Shown in pieces: positions 28,210-36,142 of a stretch of 64,000 nt of DNA. Positions within the stretch are counted from its first letter, which is position 1; the number at the start of each line of letters is the position of its first letter. The notes under the pieces are model-generated. The model had not been told where the DNA came from, did no database searches, and saw nothing but the letters and a program-made list of their open reading frames with translations. The position numbers and the translations under genes were made by a program. This stretch comes from Salinispira sp. (GTDB lineage: Bacteria; Spirochaetota; Spirochaetia; DSM-27196; Salinispiraceae), in the NCBI GenBank assembly GCA_965602015.1, contig OZ271918.1:2080001-2144000 (forward strand), given 5' to 3'.

Positions 28210-29060
28210 ATCTGGCCTCCCCGCATCTGCTTCAGGAGGTCTTCGAGTATGACGAATGAATTCTCCAAAATTGCGCCGAAGGTATTCATCAGAAGGGGAA
28301 CCACCAGTACGAGGATAAAAAACGCCACCAGGATCGCCATGGGAAAGCCGAGCATCAGCAGATTCATTTGGGGAGCCGCCTTTGCCAGCAAGCCGGTGGT
28401 AATGGAGACGATGAACAGCGTGCCAAAAATCGGGAAGGCCATGGAAAGAGCCTGCTGAAACAGCACCCCGAGACCCGAAGCGAACACATCCATAAAAACT
28501 CCCCGGGCCCGCACCAAGTCGGCGGCCCGGACAGCCTGGAAGCTGACCAGAATGCCGGTAAAAAACAGCTTCTGAAAACCGTCAATCAGGAGAAACACCA
28601 ACATGGCGACCAGGCTGAAAAACTGTCCCATAAGGGGCACTTCTTCCTGAGCCATGGGATCGTACACCGACATGGCGCCGAAACCCATCTGGGTGGAGAA
28701 AAACTGGCCGGCGGTCTGAAATGCCGCATTTATCATCTGCAGAAAAAACCCCTGGATTATTCCGATAAACGCCTCGCCCACCAGGAGGAACACATAGGTC
28801 AGACCGAACTCCCCAAGGGCCGCGTTGGCAGCCGGAAGCCCCAACGCGGTCAAATTAAGCGTTTGAACTTCGAGACTGGTTATTTCCGCCGGGTTTATCC
28901 AGGGCAGAATGAGGATTGAACTGAGAAAGGCCAGGGCAGTCCTGGCGAGCCGGGGAAGACTGGAGGAGGAAAGCAGGGGCGCCACCGACAGCATGGCGAA
29001 TACCCGGGCAAAAATGAGGAAAAATACTGCTGCCTGTGCGCTTAACTCAGTCCAGAACAC
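28206..29060 (-). CDS. fliR: Flagellar export protein FliR
   Basis: AGQFFSTQMGF, KAAPQMNLLMLGFP. Confidence 0.95.
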   Translation of the reverse strand: MFWTELSAQAAVFFLIFARVFAMLSVAPLLSSSSLPRLARTALAFLSSILILPWINPAEITSLEVQTLNLTALGLPAANAALGEFGLTYVFLLVGEAFIGIIQGFFLQMINAAFQTAGQFFSTQMGFGAMSVYDPMAQEEVPLMGQFFSLVAMLVFLLIDGFQKLFFTGILVSFQAVRAADLVRARGVFMDVFASGLGVLFQQALSMAFPIFGTLFIVSITTGLLAKAAPQMNLLMLGFPMAILVAFFILVLVVPLLMNTFGAILENSFVILEDLLKQMRGGQI

Positions 29061-29066
29061 CAGCTC

Positions 29067-29336
29067 TTACCCTCCCATGGTAGATATCTGTGAAAACAGA
29101 CTGGCGGTAAAATTAACCAGGCTGGCCAGCATCCAGGGACCGAGAAACATCAGGGTAATCAGTATCGCCGCGATTTTTGGAACGAAGGTGAGAGTCTGTT
29201 CCTGTATAGAGGTGGTTGCCTGAAAAATGGAAACTATCAGACCGACCACCAAGCCCACCAGGAGCAGCGGGGCGGATAAAACCAGTATCTGAAATACGCT
29301 GGATCTGATGAGATTCACTGCGGTACCTAAATCCAT
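29067..29336 (-). CDS. fliQ: Flagellar export protein FliQ
   Basis: FQATTSIQEQTLTFVPK. Confidence 0.97.
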   Translation of the reverse strand: MDLGTAVNLIRSSVFQILVLSAPLLLVGLVVGLIVSIFQATTSIQEQTLTFVPKIAAILITLMFLGPWMLASLVNFTASLFSQISTMGG

Positions 29337-29346
29337 CTACACCCTC

Positions 29347-30180
29347 CTAGGCGAAGCTCGCAACCAACTGCTGGGTCAACAAGCCCCAACCGTCGACAAG
29401 CACGAACAATATCAATTTAAACGGCAGGGAAATCATGACAGGGGGCAGCATTATCATACCCATAGACATCAAGGTGGAGGCTACAACCATGTCGATGATA
29501 ATAAACGGCACGAACAGCAGGATTCCGATCTGAAAGGCCACGGTAAGTTCACTGAGAATAAATGCGGGTATGAGCACATAGGTCGGTACATCAGCGAGGG
29601 TCTCGGGCCTGGCAAGGTTACTCATGCGCATAAAGAGCCGGATATTGTCCGGATTCCCCTGCATCTGGCGGTACATAAAAAAACGCATATTGTTCTCAAA
29701 GGACACAAATGCCTCTTCCACTGTCGCCTCGCCCTCGGCCAGGGGCACGAAGGCCTCGTCATACACCGCCTGAAAGGTGGGCCACATAATAAACAGGGTC
29801 AGGAACAGGGCGATCCCCATCATTACCTGGGTCGGCGGCACCTGCTGCAGGCTCAACGCCCGTTTGACGAAGTCCATAACGATGGCGATTCGCAGAAAAC
29901 TGGTCATCATGATAAAAATCGACGGCGCGAGGGAGAGGACAGTGAGAAGCAGCAGGAGCTGGAGACTTAGCGCCACTTCCTGCCCGGACTGGGGCTGTCG
30001 CACCGAAAGATCGACAAAGGGAATCTGTATCTCCTGCCCTCCCTGGGCGTCGTCGATGAGGCTGTTGGAAATCGCCGGCGGCTGGGCGCTGGGCAGATTG
30101 CCTTCCTGTGCCCACAGGCTGCTTGCGAGAACCATCAGAATGATCGGCAAAAGCACCGGTTTTAGTCGGAATCTCTTCAT
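29347..30180 (-). CDS. fliP: Flagellar export protein FliP
   Basis: MMTSFLRI, PAFILSEL, MGMIMLPP, LFVLVDGW. Confidence 0.98.
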   Translation of the reverse strand: MKRFRLKPVLLPIILMVLASSLWAQEGNLPSAQPPAISNSLIDDAQGGQEIQIPFVDLSVRQPQSGQEVALSLQLLLLLTVLSLAPSIFIMMTSFLRIAIVMDFVKRALSLQQVPPTQVMMGIALFLTLFIMWPTFQAVYDEAFVPLAEGEATVEEAFVSFENNMRFFMYRQMQGNPDNIRLFMRMSNLARPETLADVPTYVLIPAFILSELTVAFQIGILLFVPFIIIDMVVASTLMSMGMIMLPPVMISLPFKLILFVLVDGWGLLTQQLVASFA

Positions 30181-30211
30181 GACTGCCTCCGGACGGTCGA
30201 AATCGTCGGTC

Positions 30212-30928
30212 TCATAGCTTTTTCAACCGTTCGCGCTGCCGGTGGACAAAGTCAAAGCCCACCTCAGCCGGTTCATTTTCCGTTCCACCGCTGTCGGAGT
30301 TGCGGGAGAAGAATCCGCTGATCATTTGAGAAAAATTTCCGCCCTGGAGCTGCTGCCGGGATGCCTGGAGGCGCAGTTCATCGATGGTCGGCTTGTCGCT
30401 GATTTCGGTGATCAGATTAATGCCCCCGTCGGCAGCGCCGAGAAGGTATACCTGACCGGCTACATCGATGATGTGAAGCTGCTTCCCCCCCGGAAGCGTT
30501 TGGCTGGTAAGCACGGATATAAAGCTGCTGTGATCATCCTGGGCCTTTTTACCCCGCTTGAGAAGGAAAAAGAGCCCGTAGATCATCCCCACGACTATCG
30601 CCAGGACAAGGACCATGCGCAGGAGCTCCCATATGCCAAAAACAGTGGTGGTTTCGCCGGGAACCGCGACGGCTTCGTCGTCGTCCTGGAAATCAAGGGT
30701 CAAAAGAGATTCGTCAATACGGTTTAGCTGACTTGATTGGTCGCCCGCCGGAGAACCGGGGGCCGGTTGGTTTGCTGCCTGCTCCTGCGAAACGGCATCG
30801 TTAGATGCGGATTCACCGGTACCTCCCTGAGACTGTACGCCTGAATTCCCGGCGGCTGTGCCGCCGGACTGGGCGAACAACAGGGTTGAGACCGTGAGCA
30901 GCAGCGCAATAATTATCGCGCGTTTCAG
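30212..30928 (-). CDS. fliO: Flagellar biogenesis protein FliO (spirochete FliZ), probable CTG start
   Basis: TM followed by LHIIDVAGQVYLLGAADGGINLI; position between fliY and fliP; in-frame signal peptide begins at CTG 30928 after SD GGAGG. Confidence 0.85.
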   Translation of the reverse strand: MKRAIIIALLLTVSTLLFAQSGGTAAGNSGVQSQGGTGESASNDAVSQEQAANQPAPGSPAGDQSSQLNRIDESLLTLDFQDDDEAVAVPGETTTVFGIWELLRMVLVLAIVVGMIYGLFFLLKRGKKAQDDHSSFISVLTSQTLPGGKQLHIIDVAGQVYLLGAADGGINLITEISDKPTIDELRLQASRQQLQGGNFSQMISGFFSRNSDSGGTENEPAEVGFDFVHRQRERLKKL

Positions 30929-31014
30929 TTTTCCCCTCCCAAAGAAACCGAACTATGCCGGAATGCCCCGAAAAAAGCGGCGAAACCGGCACACTGCCAA
31001 TTCTTAAATCTATT

Positions 31015-32163
31015 CTACTGTATAGTGTTCATTCTTTCCATAGGTGAAACGATTTCTGTGACACGAACACCGAAGTTTTCGTCAATAACTACAACCTCGC
31101 CCTTTGCGATAAGCTTGTGGTTAACCAAAATGTCCACAGGCTCGCCCGCGAGCTTGTCGAGTTCGATAATTGTGCCCTCTCCCATGCCCAGGATATCCTT
31201 GATGAGCTTTTTAGTGCGGCCAAGCTCAACAGTCATTTCCATGTAGACATCCATCAGCAGGCCGATGTTACCCTGCTCTGCCTGGCCGGAACCCGCTCCG
31301 CCGAAGGCGGGAAACTGGACGCCCTGAACCGAGGGCCCGGGACCCATGTTCATTCCTCCCATGTTCATTCCGCCCATATTCATGCCGCCCATATTCATTC
31401 CGCCGCCGTTCTGTCCGCCGGCGCTCATGCCGCCCATGTTGCCCATGCCGGCCATTGCGCCCATATCCATGCCGCCGCCCGCCATGGCAGCCATATCCAT
31501 GCCGCCGCCTGAGCTTGCGGCTGCGCCGGAAGCAGGAACCATTGCGGCAACCGCGGTCGCGGAGAAAAACTGGACCATGGTGCCGACGGCCTGGCCCTCT
31601 ATTGTCAGGGGGTATGTGAGGCGGACGAATTTCCCGGAAAGGGGAAGTTCGGATTTCGCACCGCTTCCGCCCACCGGAGGATCGGTCATGACGCTTTTGC
31701 CGCTTTTATCAGAAAGGGCGGTGAGCAGGGGGCCCGACACGTTTTGAAATGCTTCCTGAAGTGCGTTAATAGAGGCGTCGTCGAGTTCAACCCCTTCCAT
31801 GCCCTGCATCGGTCCGGCGATCTGCAATGCGGTGTCCACATTGAGAATAAAACCGTGGTCGCCTTCTACCCCGTCGGTGAGGTTCATGGTGACGGTCACT
31901 ACTTCGTCAGACAGGCTGGCGGCGACCATTTCACCGTTTACCTGATCCGCTTGAGGCGATCCAACGCTAACCGATTTGCTCAGGAGCATGGCGAGATTGG
32001 ATCCCATTGTTTCGGTGACCCCGTTGACGATGTCAGAAAATCCTTTTACCTGGCTGTCTGATAATCCGTCGGCTCCCGCCGGAGCGGGTTCGTCGAAGTC
32101 CATGCCTCCGGCGCCCTGTAACAAGGCATCAATTTCGTCTTGGGAGAGTGATCCATCACTCAT
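31015..32163 (-). CDS. fliY: Flagellar motor switch protein FliY/FliN
   Basis: N-terminal LSQDEIDALL, CheC-like middle, C-terminal FliN domain (LAGEPVDILVN...VVIDENFGVR). Confidence 0.93.
   Translation of the reverse strand: MSDGSLSQDEIDALLQGAGGMDFDEPAPAGADGLSDSQVKGFSDIVNGVTETMGSNLAMLLSKSVSVGSPQADQVNGEMVAASLSDEVVTVTMNLTDGVEGDHGFILNVDTALQIAGPMQGMEGVELDDASINALQEAFQNVSGPLLTALSDKSGKSVMTDPPVGGSGAKSELPLSGKFVRLTYPLTIEGQAVGTMVQFFSATAVAAMVPASGAAASSGGGMDMAAMAGGGMDMGAMAGMGNMGGMSAGGQNGGGMNMGGMNMGGMNMGGMNMGPGPSVQGVQFPAFGGAGSGQAEQGNIGLLMDVYMEMTVELGRTKKLIKDILGMGEGTIIELDKLAGEPVDILVNHKLIAKGEVVVIDENFGVRVTEIVSPMERMNTIQ
31343..31402. repeat. Four tandem 15-bp imperfect repeats (CCCATRTTCATKCCK) encoding (G/GG)MNMG units in the FliY linker
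   Basis: CCCATGTTCATTCCT CCCATGTTCATTCCG CCCATATTCATGCCG CCCATATTCATTCCG. Confidence 0.85.
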
Positions 32164-32225
32164 ACTAACTCCTTCGCAGCAATCACAGGCTCAGTGCCGT
32201 GTACCGGGCCAAACGCCCGGGGTGT

Positions 32226-33263
32226 TCAGTCGAGCTCTTCGGCCTCGGCGGCGAGCTCTTCGAATTCTTCGTGCTCGATGTCTTCCAGTTTTTTAACAAT
32301 CTGCACAGCCAGCTTTTTTCCGTTGCGGCCGGGCTTGCACAGAAACTTGGTGCGGTTTCCCACATTGAGCGCCATGGGGTCGCTTATTCTTACATTCGGC
32401 AATCTGACCACATCACCTGAGCGCAAAGAGAGTACATCGCGCACGGTGAGCTGCATGCTCCCGATTTCCGCAACCACGTCGACCTCTATGGCCGACAGGC
32501 GTTCGCGCAGGATCTGCAGGTTCTCGGTTGTAGTGCCCCGGCGGACCGAAGAGTACCAGTATTGAGCCGAGAGTTTCGAAATGATGGGTTCGATGGTGAG
32601 ATAGGGAATACAGAAGTTCATCATTCCCTCCACTTCACCGACCTTGGTTTCAAGGGTTACCAAAACGACCATTTCGGTGGGCGGAACTATTTGGGCGAAC
32701 TGCGGGTTCGTTTCTATCTGGCCGAGGCGGGGACGCAGGTCGATTACCTGACTCCAGGCTTCCCGCATATTGCCGAGAATTCGAACGATAATACCCTCCA
32801 TAACCGTTTGCTCGATGTCCGTGAGATCGCGGGTAACCTTGGCACCCTCGCCCTGTCCGCCGAATAGCCTGTCGATTATTGAAAAGGTGATTGCCGGATC
32901 GATTTCCAGGATTGCAGAACCTTTTAGGGGGTCCATGTTAATGACCGCCAGAGTGGTCGGGTTGGGAATGGAACGGACGAATTCCTCGTAGGTAAGCTGG
33001 TCGACGCTGGCCACGTGAACCTGCACCAGGGAGCGCAGGTTCGCCGAAAGCGATGTAGTGGTGAGCCGCGCAAATGTCTCATGCATGATGGAGACCGTAC
33101 GGATCTGTTCCTTGGAGAATTTATCAGGACGTTTGAAGTCATAAATTTTGATCTTCCGGGTGTCCTGCTGGGTGCTGCCGGTATCCTCCGCCGCGTCGAT
33201 ATCTCCGGAGGAAATTGCCGTCAGAAGTTGGTCAATCTCATCCTGAGACAGTACTTCAGTCAT
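32226..33263 (-). CDS. fliM: Flagellar motor switch protein FliM
   Basis: VLSQDEIDQLL, YDFKRPDKFSKEQIR, ETNPQFAQI. Confidence 0.98.
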   Translation of the reverse strand: MTEVLSQDEIDQLLTAISSGDIDAAEDTGSTQQDTRKIKIYDFKRPDKFSKEQIRTVSIMHETFARLTTTSLSANLRSLVQVHVASVDQLTYEEFVRSIPNPTTLAVINMDPLKGSAILEIDPAITFSIIDRLFGGQGEGAKVTRDLTDIEQTVMEGIIVRILGNMREAWSQVIDLRPRLGQIETNPQFAQIVPPTEMVVLVTLETKVGEVEGMMNFCIPYLTIEPIISKLSAQYWYSSVRRGTTTENLQILRERLSAIEVDVVAEIGSMQLTVRDVLSLRSGDVVRLPNVRISDPMALNVGNRTKFLCKPGRNGKKLAVQIVKKLEDIEHEEFEELAAEAEELD

Positions 33264-33411
33264 TCGATCCCCTCATGCGCGACGGGTGTTCTGGCTGTCC
33301 CCGCCGGGCGCATTTTCCTCCGAACAGGGAGGTCCGCGCCTTCAAATTTTCTCACACCTTTGTGATAATTTCAAGTTGCGCGTTTACCGCAACTGTATTA
33401 CATCAAATTCC

Positions 33412-33440
33412 ACTATAGCAGCAGTTATGCATACGGTCTA
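33412..33440 (-). promoter_or_regulatory. Internal sigma70 promoter upstream of fliM
   Basis: TAGACC-N17-TATAGT with TGn extended -10 (TGCTATAGT). Confidence 0.6.
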
Positions 33441-33486
33441 GACGTACCGCCGCACAATGCCCCGCTACATGCTCCGGTATCGTCGC

Positions 33487-34047
33487 TTAAAACGAAAGCA
33501 CCTGAAACTGGGTAAAGGCCACCTGCTGCACTTCCGGAACGATTTTCTGAACTTCAGCCAAAATCCTGCGCCGGATCTCCTCTTTATTATCAACTTCGAG
33601 CAAATAACTGGCGAACTGACTGGAGAACCAGGTATTGAGCATGTCAGTTAATGGGATATCCTGTTTAGTCAGCGAGTTAGAGACCGCGGCATTCTCAAGT
33701 TCATAGCCCAGGCGCACGGTGACCACAAAAGTCCGGGGGACATCGTCCCTGGTCACGCCCCGGAGCTCGGGAATTTCCTCATACCAGCTGTATTCCGGCG
33801 GCGGACCCTCATAAGATTCGGAGCGCCGAACCCGGTCCTGTGCCGGCTGACCGGCTCCCATTATATTGAGGGCGACCACCACCACGGTGACGATAAAAAT
33901 GATCGCACCGACGATGATCGCAGCCCATTTGAGAATTTGAATGACAATTGCCGGGAGGAAACCGACTTTTTGACCCCCTCCCCCCTCGGAACCGACATCA
34001 TCGGTCGAGACTACATCATCATCGCCATCTAAAAAATCATCACCCAT
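33487..34047 (-). CDS. fliL: Flagellar basal body protein FliL
   Basis: Acidic N-terminus, one TM, position motB-fliL-fliM, C-terminus VQQVAFTQF. Confidence 0.85.
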   Translation of the reverse strand: MGDDFLDGDDDVVSTDDVGSEGGGGQKVGFLPAIVIQILKWAAIIVGAIIFIVTVVVVALNIMGAGQPAQDRVRRSESYEGPPPEYSWYEEIPELRGVTRDDVPRTFVVTVRLGYELENAAVSNSLTKQDIPLTDMLNTWFSSQFASYLLEVDNKEEIRRRILAEVQKIVPEVQQVAFTQFQVLSF

Positions 34048-34134
34048 TATCCCCTCCTGATTCGGAGCGTTGAATTACCTCTGACCGATGGGTAGCATCG
34101 GCCGGCGTATTATAACAATACGAGTTATATTAAG

Positions 34135-34161
34135 GTATCGGCGTTTTTCCCATGTTTTTAA
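34135..34161 (-). promoter_or_regulatory. sigma28-type promoter upstream of fliL
   Basis: TTAA-N15-GCCGATAC versus consensus TAAA-N15-GCCGATAA. Confidence 0.55.
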
Positions 34162-34182
34162 GGCTTTCTTGACGGGCCAGCC

Positions 34183-34212
34183 CGGCTTCTTCAAGACCGC
34201 GTGAAGAAGCCG
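34183..34212. terminator. Stem-loop after motB (terminator or mRNA stabiliser)
   Basis: CGGCTTCTTCA-8 nt-TGAAGAAGCCG perfect 11-bp stem; no clear U tract. Confidence 0.5.
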
Positions 34213-34224
34213 CACTGCTTATGG

Positions 34225-34953
34225 CTACAGACTGCCCTCTGAAAGAATTATGACATCGATTCGGCGGTTATATGCCCGGCCTTCCGGTGTTTCGTTTTCA
34301 GTGACCGGTCGGTATTCGCCAAAGGTCGCCGACTGAAACTGGGACTCATCGGCGCCGAATTCCGAAAGGATCAGCAATGTGTTCAAGGCCCGGGCCTGGC
34401 CGAGGTGCCAGTTGGACGGCCAGGGGCCGTCGGGATCCGTGGGCACATCGTCGGTATGGCCTTCGATCCGGAAAAAACGGTCGTCCAGGTAGTCCGCGGA
34501 AAGGAGGCTGGCCAGCTTTATCAACACCTCACGGGTATCTTCCAGGCGGATATCCGCGCTGGCCACATCGAAGAAGGCATCAGAAGCAAGGGTGATTATC
34601 AGCCCTCTCTCGTCTTCGGTGATTCTCACCTGATTGCTGCGGATTTCCGGTTGAAACAAGCTGACTGCGGCCTGTCGGGCCCGGGCCAGCGCCCGGCCGC
34701 TTTGAAGCGAGGGAAGGGATTCTATGGTATTTCCCAGCTCGGCAAGGCGGCCCGCTTCCAGGGTATTTCCCCCGTCGAAATTACCCAGTCCCTGAAAGGC
34801 GGCCAAAATAAGCTGAAACTCGTATCCGTCGACGGTGGCGGTGGTGAACATCAATACAAAGAAGGTCAACAGAAGGGTGACCATATCCCCGTAGGTGAGC
34901 ATATACTCCGGGACGCCTTCTTCGCACTTTGGGCATTTTTTATCATTAGCCAT
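34225..34953 (-). CDS. motB: Flagellar stator MotB
   Basis: TYGDMVTLLLTFFVLMF; OmpA-like domain EGHTDD...NWHLGQARA...NRRIDV. Confidence 0.96.
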   Translation of the reverse strand: MANDKKCPKCEEGVPEYMLTYGDMVTLLLTFFVLMFTTATVDGYEFQLILAAFQGLGNFDGGNTLEAGRLAELGNTIESLPSLQSGRALARARQAAVSLFQPEIRSNQVRITEDERGLIITLASDAFFDVASADIRLEDTREVLIKLASLLSADYLDDRFFRIEGHTDDVPTDPDGPWPSNWHLGQARALNTLLILSEFGADESQFQSATFGEYRPVTENETPEGRAYNRRIDVIILSEGSL

Positions 34954-35008
34954 AGTCTTTCCTCGTTCCCCCTATTCGGACTGCCGACGGATAAAGGGGC
35001 TTAGCGGC

Positions 35009-35788
35009 CTACTGATTCGACTCGGCCCGTATTGGCTCCCGCTCCGGAGGGGGCAGGAAGCTCAACAGCTTTTCGAGCAGAATCCGGGGGTTATCCCCCG
35101 ACTGAATAGAAAGTATGCCCTCAATGACAATTTCCTTCGAACGGGTCTCGTACTTGTCACGATCCATGAGCTTTTGCTTAAAGGGGAGCATAAAGACGTT
35201 GGCAACCAGGGAACCGTAGAGGGTGGTTATCAGAGCCGTAGCCATACCGGAGGCGATACCCGAACTGTCATCCAGGTTCGCAAGCATGGCGATGAGCCCG
35301 ATGAGGGTTCCGATCATTCCAAAGGCCGGCGCCAGGGACCCCCAGAATCCGAAGAGGTTAATGCCGTCTTCATGCCGGGCGTTGATCTGATTCAGTTCGG
35401 TGTACAGGATGTTCTTGATAATTTCCGGATCGGTGCCGTCGACCACAAGCTGTATGCCCTTGCGCATGAACTCATTCTCAACCTCGTCGAGGTTGTCTTC
35501 CAGGGCCAGAAGACCTTCGCGCCGGGCCCGCTCGGCAAATGCCACCAGGTCGGTGATGAGTTTGCCTTCCCGCAGGTCCGGCACATTCATCAGTATTCCG
35601 ATATACTTGCCGACACCCATTATCCGGCTCAGGGGAGCCGAGGCCATTACGCCTCCGATTGAGCCCCCGATTACGATGAGTATGGAAGGTATGTCGACAT
35701 AGTACGTGAAACCGACGCCCCCGACGAATACGCCGAAGACGACCATTCCCACCGCAACACCGAGACCGACTAAGGTGGCTAAATCCAT
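35009..35788 (-). CDS. motA: Flagellar stator MotA
   Basis: ARREGLLALE, APAFGMIGTLIGL, ALITTLYG, GDNPR. Confidence 0.97.
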   Translation of the reverse strand: MDLATLVGLGVAVGMVVFGVFVGGVGFTYYVDIPSILIVIGGSIGGVMASAPLSRIMGVGKYIGILMNVPDLREGKLITDLVAFAERARREGLLALEDNLDEVENEFMRKGIQLVVDGTDPEIIKNILYTELNQINARHEDGINLFGFWGSLAPAFGMIGTLIGLIAMLANLDDSSGIASGMATALITTLYGSLVANVFMLPFKQKLMDRDKYETRSKEIVIEGILSIQSGDNPRILLEKLLSFLPPPEREPIRAESNQ

Positions 35789-35794
35789 AGAGGC

Positions 35795-35992
35795 TTACTC
35801 CTCATTTTTGAAGGCCCCGATCAGCCGGCGGTAATCGACAATCCGCTCGGCGACCACATCGTAGTCCTCCCGGACCACAAGGCGTTTGCCCGAAAGCATG
35901 GTCAGGGTGGTATCGGGGTTGCATTCAATATACTCTATCTGATGGGGATTCACAAAATAGACCTTCCCATCAAGTCTGGTTACTTCAATCAT
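35795..35992 (-). CDS. flbD: FlbD (SwrD) family flagellar protein
   Basis: MIEVTRLDGK..VNPHQIEYIECNPDTTLTM.SGK. Confidence 0.92.
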   Translation of the reverse strand: MIEVTRLDGKVYFVNPHQIEYIECNPDTTLTMLSGKRLVVREDYDVVAERIVDYRRLIGAFKNEE

Positions 35993-36142
35993 ACGCAAAA
36001 TGCGCCGCTCTTGATAGCCTTGAGCGCCGGGGCGCTGGCTTAAGCGGCGCGTTCCTCACTTTGGCGGCGGGAATCCGGGCCCGCCGCCGCGTTAACGCCG
36101 GAGCCCTATAGACTCCGGCGCGTATTACCGATTATAGCGCCC

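Noticed and set aside
31343..31510. Tandem repeats as a CRISPR array
   Set aside because: 15-bp in-frame coding repeats with no unique spacers and no cas genes
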